A DNA stretch of 64,000 nucleotides from Gnetum montanum (taxonomy: Eukaryota > Plantae > Gnetophyta), in contig MNCI01001832.1 in the NCBI GenBank assembly GCA_015680685.1, forward strand, positions 537,018-601,017. The letters run 5' to 3'. This document shows, piece by piece, positions 13,312 to 24,921 of the stretch; the first letter of the stretch is position 1; the number at the start of each line of letters is the position of its first letter. Below the pieces are notes generated by a model. That model saw nothing but the letters and a program-made list of their open reading frames with translations. It was not told where the DNA came from and did no database searches. The translations under genes were made by a program, and so were the position numbers.

Positions 13312-16300
13312 TGTAATGAATTGTATTTTCAAATGTTCTAGTTAGTATACTTATCATTGTGATTTTTGCTTTGTGATGCCTAAATGTTATGTTAGGCTTT
13401 GATTATGCTTTTTAGTTAATAGATTTTCTATGTTTAGATTTTATGTTTAGGTATATCTTAATATCATGCACTATTATAATTATGTATTATTATTATTAGT
13501 TGGTATGCACTAACTTGATAAATGAGTTTGGTAGACTCACATGAAGGCTATGGTATTTTATGCATAGCCTTTCTTTCATGGATTCTTCTCCCAATTTCTT
13601 GCAAGCTTTTCTTTCATAATTTCTTACAATTCATGAATTCTCATATGTTTCTTATATGCATCTTTCAATTTTAAGGTTTCTCAAGTTTTTGAAATTAAAT
13701 TTATGTTTTCTCATGTTTCTAGTGAAGATTTGAATAATTTATAAGTGGTTTTATGCTATAATTCAAGGGATTTACTTCTCATTCACATATTCAAGTTAAT
13801 TTTAATGTTCATGCTCAAGGGTATTAATTGTTTCATATAATTTTATAATAAAACATATAAATAAATTTTCATGTGCTTATTTATTATTTCTTATCTTATG
13901 ATAGTCTTTCCTCATGTTTCTAAAAGTATTTAAAGCCATTTTAATGTGGATTCAAAAGTTTATGCATGTTTATGATGGTTTTATGTAATTTTTACAAATA
14001 ATTTAAATTCAAGGCTTAATTCATATTTATCTTCTAATTCAAGCTTACCTTACCATGTTTGGATTTTTAGTACATGTTTATAGTTTTTTGTGAGTTTTGA
14101 GCCTCAAATTTTCTCAAAGTATCATTAAAGTTTTGCTTCAATGTCATTCTTTATTTTCTTCAAGATCACAAGTTTACCATGAATTTACCATGACTCATGG
14201 TAAACATAAAGACATTTTTAGAAGACCATGACCTCACCATGATCTATGGTAAGTATCAAAACTTTTCCATAAGTCATGATATTATAGATGAGGACTCACG
14301 GTCTATTTTTTAATAGTGCATAACTCATGATCCCCTTATGGGATAAATTTAAAGTTCAAGGAGGTACCATTGAGGCCCAAACATTTACCACTACTCAAGG
14401 CTAGATTGAGCTATTTATAGAGTTCATTTCCTCTCTATTTTCGTCAGATCATGATCCATGGTGAGCTCATGGTATAGAAACATGATTTGACCATGATCTA
14501 TGATTAGCCATCATAAGTCATGGTCGGAGACCATGACTTGTAGCATTATAGATCATGATGCTCCTACAACTCATATTGGTTCAAATAGACTCGAAATAAG
14601 CTAAAATTTCTATCACAAAAATATTAGAGGGATCTTATTTCACTACAAAACTCTAACATTTTTATGGTAGAATACTTTAATTATGTTTTAATTTTTAGAA
14701 AATTAGTTAGTTTTAGTATGATGAGTTTTCAAGTGATTTTCATATAAATTCCACACTTCATTTAATTGGATACTTTGAAATCCATTATTTTGGATGTAGA
14801 GGTGTTATTAGTGGTGTGTGGAAATTTGTTGGTTCATATGTGTGACTTAGCTAGAGCTTGTGAGCTATTGTGAAGTTTTTCTTTAAGCATCCAATTAAGT
14901 AATCTTGGTATTTTTTTCCTTTTTTATTATTCATTATTTTGTTCATTTTTAAGGGATTATGATTTAGAGTGATGATAAGATAATTGTTTCTTAAGTTGAA
15001 GACCTTGATTTGAGCCTAGGCACAACTAGTCAAAAAGGTTATGGTTTCACTCATCTACCAACCCTTTTGAGATCCTACTTAGTGAGATAAGCACAGTGGC
15101 TCTGGGTGATAATCCTTATAGGTTTTTTTTTTTTACTTTTGTCAAGGGTTTGGATGTTATTTAATTTTTTTTGATCTATATGAATTTTGATTGGGCTTTG
15201 GTTATTGCTTTGCAAGCTTAGTATTGTTTAATTTTTATGCTTGAATTTGCTATTGCTTTTTACTATGAGTTTATGTTTTTTATAAATTTCAAGATTCAAG
15301 AGTTTTATATATCAACTTGGGCATGGGTATTGCTTATTTGACCATTTTATGATGTTGTTAAATTTGAATTAACATATATTCTATTAGGTTTTGGCTATAT
15401 CATGAGATTTTGAGTCTTGATAGTTTTGTCAATTATAATGGATTTTCCTAGGATTTCAACTCCTTTGTAGTGTTGTGATCTCTTTTTTTCTAGTTTATTA
15501 AGTTATTCATGTTTTTTTGACCTTGTCCTATATGTTTTTGGAGTCCTCTTATTTATTATCAATTTTTTATTAGTCTTTTCAAGATGTTTTTGCACTTTAT
15601 TAAAATCCATATTGAAATTAGTCAACCATGAGTCATGATCATGTCATGGTCACCATCATGGTTTATGGTGAGGGTAATCATGATATTGTAGTTGATCCTT
15701 CAACAATATTGATCATTTCTAGTATTTTTTTTCAAAAGGTTGCAACACCATGAGTCATGGTCTAGTCTGTTTACCTCATCATGTTGTTTTGAGTTACCTT
15801 GAGTTATTTTCAAATAACCATGATTTATAATGAGGATATGATCATCCATGATGAGCTATCATTAGGATATTACATCTTTAATCATTTCTTGAAAATTCTA
15901 GTTAATCACAGATCATGGTTAGGCTATGGTCAATCACCATGGGTTATGGTGAAGTTATGGTTAAAGGTTTTCATTGGAATTTCTATTGAAGGTATTTTTG
16001 TAAATACCACAAATCATGGTGAGGTTGTGGTTTGATTTCAAAATTTATAGTGAGGTTGTGATATTCCAATTTTACTATTCTTTATACTTTATTATTATCA
16101 AAGCTAAATTCAATATATTTTATTAAATTTTGACCTCATTCAATTTAGCTTGTTAGACTTAGGCTATATTGGTATGTTGATTTTAATTTAGAGTTAATTG
16201 TTTAACCTTTTAAATTGTTTGGACATGTTGGATGTTGTTTGTATTCCTTCATTATAAAATTTTTATTTTCTTTTTTTTTTGAATGTTAGTATGGATGTTA

Positions 16301-17311
16301 TTTGTTAGGAGCTAACACCAAGTTGTATGGCTAGTTGAAGATGGACTCCTTAGAGATGTTTGGTATTTGATCCTTACTAGGGTACACAAGTATGGCTTTT
16401 ACTATAGGTTTCATCATACAAGAGGGAATGGTCCTTAACTCATTGGTCTTGTTGTTTAATGCCTCCATAATGTTATAGGTAAGTCTTGGATGGTCCTTAT
16501 AGTACCATTAGCTTGGTTTGATACTAATAATAAATCCATGCATATGGTAGTTTGAAATTTGGTTTGCAAATTTGGAAAATTATACATGATGATAATTCAT
16601 ACATTTTAAACTGAGTTTAGAATGTACTAGCCTCCTTGTTTATAGATTCATGGATGGAATGGATAATATAATTTAATTAGATTTTAAACTAATGTTTGGA
16701 TCAATGTATGATGTTTACTCTTGATGTTTGGATTATTTTTTTGTGCTTACTTAACTTGTAGGCCAACATGCCTTCACCTAGCCACCATGAGGCTTGCCCT
16801 CAATTCAATCAAAGAATATGCCAAGGTTTCTCACTCAATGTAATCCTCTTTTTTATTTTCAAGTCAATAGGGCATGGTGGAGTAAGGATATCCTTTGGTG
16901 TTTATTATTGATTTTGGATTTCATGCATATTTTATTTTTGTCTTTTATCTTTTGTCTCTTGGATTATTTATGGCAATTCATAGACATGTATTAGATTATT
17001 CTCTTTTAGGTTTTAGATACTTGAATTATGTATATTATATATGGATGAACATGATTTATTGTTTTTAGATGCTCATGAGTATTTTCATATTTTCAAATCC
17101 ATAAGTTAATTTTAGTTTTTAGCCTTATACATATATGTTAATTAATTATAATCTTTTTCTTCTACTATTCACATCATATTTTCCTTTCACTTTTTTATTA
17201 CTAAGTTAGTTCATTTTTATTTTCAATTCTCTACCACAACCAAATTTTCATTATGGGTTTTATACCTAATGTAGTCCTCTCCAACCTAAAGCTAGGAAGG
17301 ACGATGTTACA
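13312..17311 (+). mobile_element. 4.0-kb solo LTR (Tekay-like)
   Basis: TGTAA...TTACA termini, perfect TSD ATAGT (13307-13311 and 17312-17316), no coding signal, CCATGAGTCATGG motif clusters. Confidence 0.85.
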
Positions 17312-18447
17312 ATAGTCATGTTGTGTTATGAAGGGATCATTGTGTATGTGTTGCAGAAGCTTTATGATCTTAGTTGATGGATGATATCTATATGAGTAGA
17401 TACTAGATGCATCTAGGCAATGAGAAGATGTACTACAGTTTATAATGTATGTATTATTAGTCTACCATCATGAGGAATGTAGGAAAATATGTCTTTTGAT
17501 GTTTTATTTCTTAGCAAGTGAAGATAGCCCATTAGAGAAATGGAACATACTTATACTCCCATGATATTACCTATGGAAATGGGATACCATTGATATGGAT
17601 TGAATTATTAGTTTGTCTAAGACTCATAGTGGTCATAATGATATACTAGAAATTGTTGATTTTTTAATGAAGTCTATCTATTTTCTTACCATACATGCAT
17701 TAGTTAATGTAGTAGAGATTGCACATATTTTTCTTATAGAGATAGTGTGGTTGTATAGTATGATACAATAGATTATTAATGATAGATGTTTCAATTCATG
17801 CCATAGTTTTGAAAGGAATTTTAGATGAAGATGGGTGTGAGGCTAAATATGAGTTTAGCATATCATCCACAAAAAATTGGTTAGATTGAGTGCATAAAAT
17901 AAAATCATCAATGACATGCTAAGAGCCTATGATTTATAGTATAGAGATAGTTGGGATCAAATGCTTTCATTGATAGAGTTTCTATATAATAATAGTTATA
18001 AAGAGAGTTTGTGGATAGCACCATATGAGCTCTTATATGGGAATCTATGTAGAAAATCCTTATGTTAGGACATGATAGAAGATCATCATCAAGTAACCAT
18101 AAATTTTGTGAGGTAGACCATAGAGTAGCTTCAAATAATTTAAGACCACTTGTGAGTTGCTGAGGATAGGTAGAAAGTATATACTAATCAATGCTGGAGG
18201 CTCTTAAACTTTGCAATTGAAGACTATATATTTCTTCATGTTTCTCTCCTAAAGGAGCTTACAAACTTTGTCCAAATGGGAAAATTAGCTTCTAGATATA
18301 TTTTTTCTTTTAAGATGCTACAAAGAATTGGGAGGGTGGCCTACTAAATAGCATTACCTTCTTATTTGGCCCATGTGCATGATGTGTTTTATATCTCTAT
18401 ATTGAGATGGTATGTGCTTGATGAATAGCATGTGATTGATTACTAAG

Positions 18448-19400
18448 TGATGAGTGGTGAGGTACCACTCAACCATACGAATACGAGCGTAGCATGTGCG
18501 ATCCGGTCAAACTCCACAGATTAAATGCCTACACGCCTCATGGAACACTTAAAGGTTAACCATTCATTGTCTTCCTAGACTCACTTGTAGTTGTCACGGT
18601 GTATGGTTAAGTAAGTCCGAGGTATATGATTTTTATATCTTTTTATGTTTTATGTCTCCTATGCTAACAAGGTGAAGGGTTGAGAAACTAATTACTAATT
18701 CTAACTAATGACTAAGTCTAAATTACCTAGTGTCAGCATCCGTTCCCACTTATCATACACACCCTGAACCGATGCAACCGTGGCTACCAAACACTAATCG
18801 TTACTGGGATTACCATGCGTAATGCATGTGCTCGAAGTGGTCATACTGAGGCACTTAACTAGGAGGAAAGGGTTGAGAGAATCTAATCTAGCCTAAGTGC
18901 GATGAGCGGACAATTCCTTGATTATCCTTACACATCTTGGTGCATGACTACCACTGGGATTACCAAGCACAGATCCTGGATATGCCATTGGGTTACCAAG
19001 TAGTCACACTTAGATGCTTGTAATAAATTCGTACTCATTCCGCGTTCTAGAAGTTTAAGGGTGAGAGAGAAAGCAATAAATAACATTAAAATAAAATCCT
19101 ATTCCATGCACTGCAAGGTTTATCCAGGAAGTTCATCTTTATTTCCATACACAACTTGTGTTCAGGTACAATGTTGCTCGAATAAAGATCCGTTCACTTT
19201 AGGACTCCTACTGTGAGCACATGGAAAATATTCTATCTCTGGAGTGATCAATCTGCCAGATTTTTCCTACTTCTAGCCTAGGATGGGGAAACAAGGGAGA
19301 GCCACCTCTTATTTATAGATATGGTGGCAGATCACGATATCGTGTACGCGATATCGCAAGGGATGTGATATAGTGATAGCCGCGATATCACATCTCATCA
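18448..19400 (-). repeat. 3' LTR of the Athila-type element (953 bp)
   Basis: Direct repeat of 23699-24706; minus-strand TATA (CTATAAATAA) at ~19309-19318; shorter GATATC array in U3. Confidence 0.95.
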
Positions 19401-19417
19401 TACCCCCATGACTGAAT
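19401..19417 (-). promoter_or_regulatory. Polypurine-tract region (ATTCAGTCATGGGGGTA)
   Basis: Abuts the 3' LTR; 36 nt (19401-19436) are identical to 40208-40243 next to the sister LTR. Confidence 0.85.
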
Positions 19418-19536
19418 GAAAACTCGTCCTCGAGTTCCTTACAAAATATTGGGAAGGTATGGGATTATTGACTGAATGGAACTAATGGGATGACTTGTGA
19501 ATGGATCATCATTACAAGACTTGACAAAACTAGTGT

Positions 19537-19764
19537 TCATGAAAACAAGGGTGAACACCTTATTACATTGACATCAGGCCTCATTTGGCAGCTTGAGAGA
19601 AAAAGAGAGAGAGAAAGAAGTGTTGCTGCTGCCAATGCCAAGATTGCACTTGTCGTTGTCTGTCCATAAGTGCATTATCGATCTTGCTCCTTGCATAGTT
19701 GCTTCAGTGCTTCTCCATTCCAAGTGTTTTCTCCAAATTCAATCCGTTGTTGTATGATTGCCAT
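19537..19764 (-). pseudogene. Putative ~75-aa membrane micro-ORF in the env position, one premature stop
   Basis: MAIIQQRIEFGENTWNGEALKQLCKEQDR*CTYGQTTTSAILALAAATLLSLSLFLSSCQMRPDVNVIRCSPLFS. The ATG directly follows a TGCAG acceptor of a candidate GT-AG intron (19765-19824). Confidence 0.45.
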
Positions 19765-21216
19765 CTGCACACACAACACAATCTTATATTAGCAAGGGTA
19801 AATGAATCATCATGTAATTAATACCTTGCTTCAGTGTAAGTCCATTGGCTAGGTTGTGGTATGGTTGATTACGGATCTAGAGATATAATATTGATGACTA
19901 CCAAAGGTGTAGGGGTTAGGAAAAAATGAAAAAAATCGGGGCTAAGAGAAAATCAAAAAAATCGGGCCCCATACCCCCATGACTAATCGCGAACCTCTAG
20001 TAGCGTTATAATAGAAAAAGAAAAAGAAAAAAGAAAGATGAAGAAAAAGGGACAACTATAGCATCGATGAAATGGATGTCAAGATAGAAATGAATAAAAT
20101 AAAATTAATTGCAAAAATGTTAAGAAAAATAAGTTAATTGATGCACCAAATAGGAATGTTAGTGGGTCCTCCCCAAAGTAGGTTCATGCCCTTAATGCCC
20201 TGACACACCCACATTCAAAGAGTCCGTAGGCTCTGGGAATGTCTTTTGGAATAAGAGTTAAAGTCTTAACGACAAGAGTTTACCAAAAAGAAAATAATGC
20301 ATCAACCAAAATATATACACTAATGATACAACCAACAATGAGGTGAATAATGGAGAGAAGGATGGAGAGAGGAGAATGGAATGGAGTCTCAAGAACAAGG
20401 TGGTCTACAACCCCTTGTGTATTGCATGGTTAAAGTGACGTAGCAAATCCCATTCCAAGTCCAGCCTCAAACCAACCACATCCAATGACTTCGCATCAAT
20501 GCATTCGGCCAATCCATCCTCCTGAAGAAACAAGAATGCTGTCACCCAAGAGCCACCACCATTCTGACGAAACAAGGAGAGAATGGGAAGCAAGAAGGGC
20601 CTTAGTTAGAGGGAACATTTTTAGTTCCATAACCAGTGCTTGTAGCCTAAGGGATTATTTTGTCTATTGGGTGTGCTTTGAATTCTTACCTTTTTTTTCT
20701 CTTTTTTTTGTGTGTTTTTTGTGTTTTGTGTTTTTATGTGTGAGAACCATACCATGCAAAGACTTTGTTATTTTTATTTGCTCAGCTTCCCGATGATTGG
20801 GTAACATTGGAATGGTAAGAAAACTCAAGAAGAAAACATCCAAGCACCCAAGAGAATGGCCAACACAAAATCATCAAGTTCCCTTGAAGTCACACCCTTT
20901 TCAATCCTTGAGTCCTTCCTTTGAGAAATTCCTAGTCACCGATTCGTTAAAGTTCTTATTATGAAGAGGACTATACATTTCCAAGTCGAGAGAAACCATA
21001 GAAATTGGTGGATGGATGGATGAAGTGATCTCATTACCTGCCATATCAAAAGAAACATACCTTAGTATCAACATCGTGACTTAAAGGTAAAAACCAAACA
21101 TTAGCAATCAACATGAAAATAGTTCATAACATCATGGAGAACACTTATTGGATGACAAACTTACAAGGTGGATCACATGCACACACACACAAAAAATGAA
21201 AAAGTATAACGATGAT

Positions 21217-21560
21217 GTAAAACAAAAACAAGAAAAGTTAAGGAAATGTGTAAAACAAAAACTAGAAAAGTTAAAGAAATTTGTAAAACAAAAATGTGTA
21301 TGACAAAAACGTGTAAAATAAAAACATGGAAAACAAAAACGTGTAAAACAAAAATGTGTAAAACAAAAACTTGTAAAAAAAAAACATTGTAAAACAAAGA
21401 CGTGTAAAAGAAAAACTTGTAAAACAAAAACATGTAAAACAAAAATGTGTAAAACAAAAACTTGTAAAAAAAAAACATTGTAAAACAAAGACGTGTAAAA
21501 GAAAAACTTGTAAAACAAAAACATGTAAAACAAAAATGTTGTAAAACAAAAACTTAAAAA
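21217..21560 (-). repeat. Tandem ~15-bp array (GTAAAACAAAAACNT; TTTTTGTTTTAC on the element strand)
   Basis: About 20 units, with a 91-bp higher-order duplication (copies starting at 21371 and 21462). Confidence 0.95.
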
Positions 21561-21580
21561 GAACTGAGGGCCCCATATGA

Positions 21581-23554
21581 TTAGCATAGGTGGCCATCTC
21601 CCCCATGACTGAATGGCAAGGGAGAGATCTGAAATAATGAGCATCTATTTGAATTTCTAAGAAGTGCCCAACTTCTCCGAATTGATGTTCTTAGATTAAG
21701 GGGTGGAAGTTGGCGACGCTCATATTCCAACATATCTATGCCTTTGTTGTTGGCATGGTTTGTCTCCTCAGTTCGTTTCATGCATATTTGTCGATTGCTC
21801 TTTTGAGTAGATGTCAATCATAGGGTGTCTACTACTTGTTGTGTGGTTGCTACATACAGGCATTTTTGTTTCAAAGTTTTAGGGGCATACCTGTTACATG
21901 GAGGCATTTCCTCCATGTCATCACCCGATGAATCATTGTATGTGATGCATGGAACTTTCCTCTTGTCGATATTTCCATAAATGTTTATCTTAGAAATTTC
22001 CAAGGAAAGATCACAGATTCCTAGGCATGTGTCTACTGTACTCAGCCAGTCCCTTCCCATTATAATTGGAAAGTCCCCTTCATTGTTGTTAACTTCAATC
22101 ACTAGGAAATCAGCTGGGTAGGACGAACCATACATAGTGGTAACAATGTCCTCCACCAATCCCAAGGGAATGGTGATGGACTGGTCTGCTAGCTCTAGTT
22201 GAATATTACTCTTCTTAAGTTGGGGTAGGTTCCAAGCGTGATACATTTCTCGTGAAATTAAGTTGACTCTGGAACCTGAGTCAAGAAGAGCTCTATGTGG
22301 TTCATTTCTGACGATTTGTAAATAGATTAAGGGACTCCCAAGGTCAGTTAGTTTCCTAGGAAGGTGGCCTACCTTGATCCAGTTGGTTACGGTATGTGTT
22401 AACATAACCATATGCGTTAAGCTCTGTTGTTGGACAGAAGGGAGCACCGAAGTTTTGTTTGTTGAAGAAGCATACCTAGACTCAATCGCTTGTTGTTGTG
22501 AGAGCTTGTCTAGGGTTCTGGTTCTTCAAAAAGGTCTTCTCTTTTTACAATTGTCAGAACCAGAAGTGGGTTGAATGTTTACTGCTCTCGTAGCGTGGCG
22601 TTGCTACGGTTGAGTGGGGAGTTCCCCTTGCATTGTTGGAGTTCTTACAGCCTCCATTATGTCGAGCATACTTCGAGTTGCAAGTAGGGACTCATCATGA
22701 TCATCTCTTTCATGATGCCTGTGATGTCTTCGTTGTTCCCTACTTTCCCTTCGTTCATGTCCTTGTCCTCTCTTTCGACTTTCCCGTCGAGGTATCTCAT
22801 TTTGTCTACCTCTATCCTCATCGTTATGCTCATGGAGGCTGCGCCTAGATGTGGAAGGAGAGGGTGAGTGGTGAGATGAAGGAGAAGAAGAAGGAAAACC
22901 ATCGCCATGATGATGCTTCTTGCCTTCTCTTCGGCTGCTATGGCCCCGATCGTGATGACAATCTAAGTGCCTATCCTTATCATGAGTTGTTATTCCCTTT
23001 GTGAATAGTTGGTGTTCACGGGGATCAGAACCAATGTTATGTATCATTGATCATAGGTTCTGATACCCAACCTCCTCACCATCATTAGGAGGGGGAACAT
23101 CATTTGTTACAGAACTTGTGATAATGGGTTTCTCATCTCCTATTTTTCTAAGGACGTGCGGACCCTTGCCCTTCATCAGTGTATGTTAACTCTCCTGCCT
23201 TGATTCCCTCATATGTTGTAAAGATGTGGGATAGTAATCCCTCATGTCAAAGTCTTCCACAATGTATTCAGCATATAATTCTATCATGCCAATTTGTGCC
23301 AAAGCACTGAGAAACATGTTAGGGACTGATCGATCTAGGGGTAACACGATGTTACCTTGCAAATCTCTCCATCGCAGCTGTTCTTCTTGATGGAGGATAA
23401 AGGTAAAATTTGGAATATACTCATCAGGATGAGTATATGCTATTCGGTATTGTTTAGGACTTGGCTCATTTAGGTTATGTGTTTTTGATTTCCAACTATT
23501 CTTTGTATTATCCCTAGGTGATGTGCTCTTGTGAGAAGAAGAAGAAGAAGACAT
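21581..23554 (-). pseudogene. Single ~657-codon frame: unknown N-terminal domain, H/R/S-rich linker, Athila-type aspartic protease
   Basis: Four ORF-track pieces (23554-23186, 23047-22604, 22447-21818, 21817-21581) are in one frame with five stops and no frameshift. Protease motifs LPRKLTDLGS, ALLDSGSRVNL, LELADQS, PADFLV, IIMGRDWL. Confidence 0.85.
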
Positions 23555-23679
23555 GATGTCTTATAGGTGTACTGACTTTACCATTATATAATTTTTTATC
23601 TTGATTAACCAAAAGGTTCTTTTAGGCTCCCAATGATGTGAATAATGTCCTATGTTCTATTCAGTGCACAAACACTTAG

Positions 23680-23697
23680 TCCTCGGCAACGGTGCCA
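23680..23697 (-). promoter_or_regulatory. Primer-binding site, tRNA-Asp type (TGGCACCGTTGCCGAGGA)
   Basis: One nt from the 5' LTR; 16/18 match to the Athila PBS TGGCGCCGTTGCCGGGGA. Confidence 0.9.
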
Positions 23698-23698
23698 A

Positions 23699-24706
23699 TG
23701 ATGAGTGGCGAGGTACCCCTACACTCAACCATACGAATACGAGTGTAGCATGCATGATCCAGTTAAACTCCATAGACTAAATGCCTACACGCCTCATGGA
23801 ACACTTAAGGTTAACCATTCATTGTCTTCCTAGACTTACTTGTAGTTGTCACGGTGTATGGTTAAGTAAGTCCGAGGTATATGATTTTTATATCTTTTTA
23901 TGTTTTATGTATTCTATGCTAACAAGGTGAAGGGTTGAGAAACTAATTACTAATTCTAACTAATGAATAAGTCTAAATTATCTAGCATCAGCATCTGTTC
24001 CCACTTACCGTACACACCCTAAACCCATGCAACCGTGGCTACCAAATGCTAATCGTTACTAGGATTACCATGCGTAACCCATGTGCTCAAAGTGATCGTA
24101 TTGAGGCACTTAACTAGGAGGAAAGGGGTGAGAGAATCTAATCTAGCCTAAGTGTGAGGAGTGGCCGATTCCTTGATTATCCGTACACATCTTGGTGCAC
24201 GACTACCACTGGGATTACCAAGCGCAGATCCTGGATACACCACTGGGTTACCAAGTAGTCACACTTAGATGCTCATAATCAAGTTGTACTCATTCCACCT
24301 TCTAGGAGTTTAAGGGTGAGAGAGAAAGCAATAAATAACATTAAAATAAAATCCTATTCCATGCACTACAAGGTTTATCCAAGAAGTTCATGTTTATTGC
24401 CATACACAACTTGTGTTCCGGTACAATGTTGCTTGAATAAAGATCCGTTCACTTTAGGACTCCTACTTTGGGCACATGGAAAATATTCTATCTCTGGAGT
24501 GATCAATCTGCCAGAGTTTTCCTACTTCTAGCCCAGGATGGAAAAACAAGGGAGATTCGCCTCTTATTTATAGATATGGCGGCAGACCGCGATATCGCAT
24601 ATGGGATATCGCAGGGGACGACACGATATCACGTACGCAATATCGCAGGGGATGCGATATCACGACGGTCGTGATATCATGGCACATGCTATATCGCATC
24701 TCATCA
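23699..24706 (-). repeat. 5' LTR of the Athila-type element (1008 bp)
   Basis: Direct repeat of 18448-19400; TATA at ~24565-24573; longer GATATC array at 24587-24700. Confidence 0.95.
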
Positions 24707-24921
24707 CTAAGGAATATAGTTGTAGCCCGATGTTATTTTTGTAGGGTATTTAGTAGATATTTTAGAACATATGATGTGATAATTATAAAATAAAGTTGTT
24801 CTTATGATTAAATTTTTATGGAATAGGCATGGTGCCTCAGAAGCTACTTGGAAGGTAGAGACTAAGATGTTCCAACACATCCTAAGATTTTTTAAGAAGA
24901 ATATTTTCAAGGAGGGTAGAG

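Larger units (their letters stand above)
18448..24706 (-). mobile_element. Complete non-autonomous Athila-type Ty3/gypsy element (6259 bp)
   Basis: Two similar LTRs with TGATGAG...CTCATCA ends, perfect TSD CTAAG (18443-18447 and 24707-24711), tRNA-Asp-type PBS, PPT, Athila-type protease; no RT/RH/IN. Confidence 0.95.
10290..24900 (+). pseudogene. Element A gag-pol pseudogene, split by insertions at 13312-17311 and 18448-24706
   Basis: Zinc-knuckle remnant ~11095-11135; PR LFDLGANHSFI (~11347); RT IDDILVY (~12415); RNaseH ~12830-13170; integrase 17330-18440; chromodomain IKFLWNRHGASEATWKVE (~24806-24860). Confidence 0.9.

Noticed and set aside
21217-21560. CRISPR-like array
   Set aside because: No unique spacers, no cas genes, eukaryotic retroelement context.
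21132-21644. Three overlapping Phe/Cys/Val-rich ORFs (170, 111, 101 aa)
   Set aside because: They are stop-free translations of the 15-bp array in all three frames.
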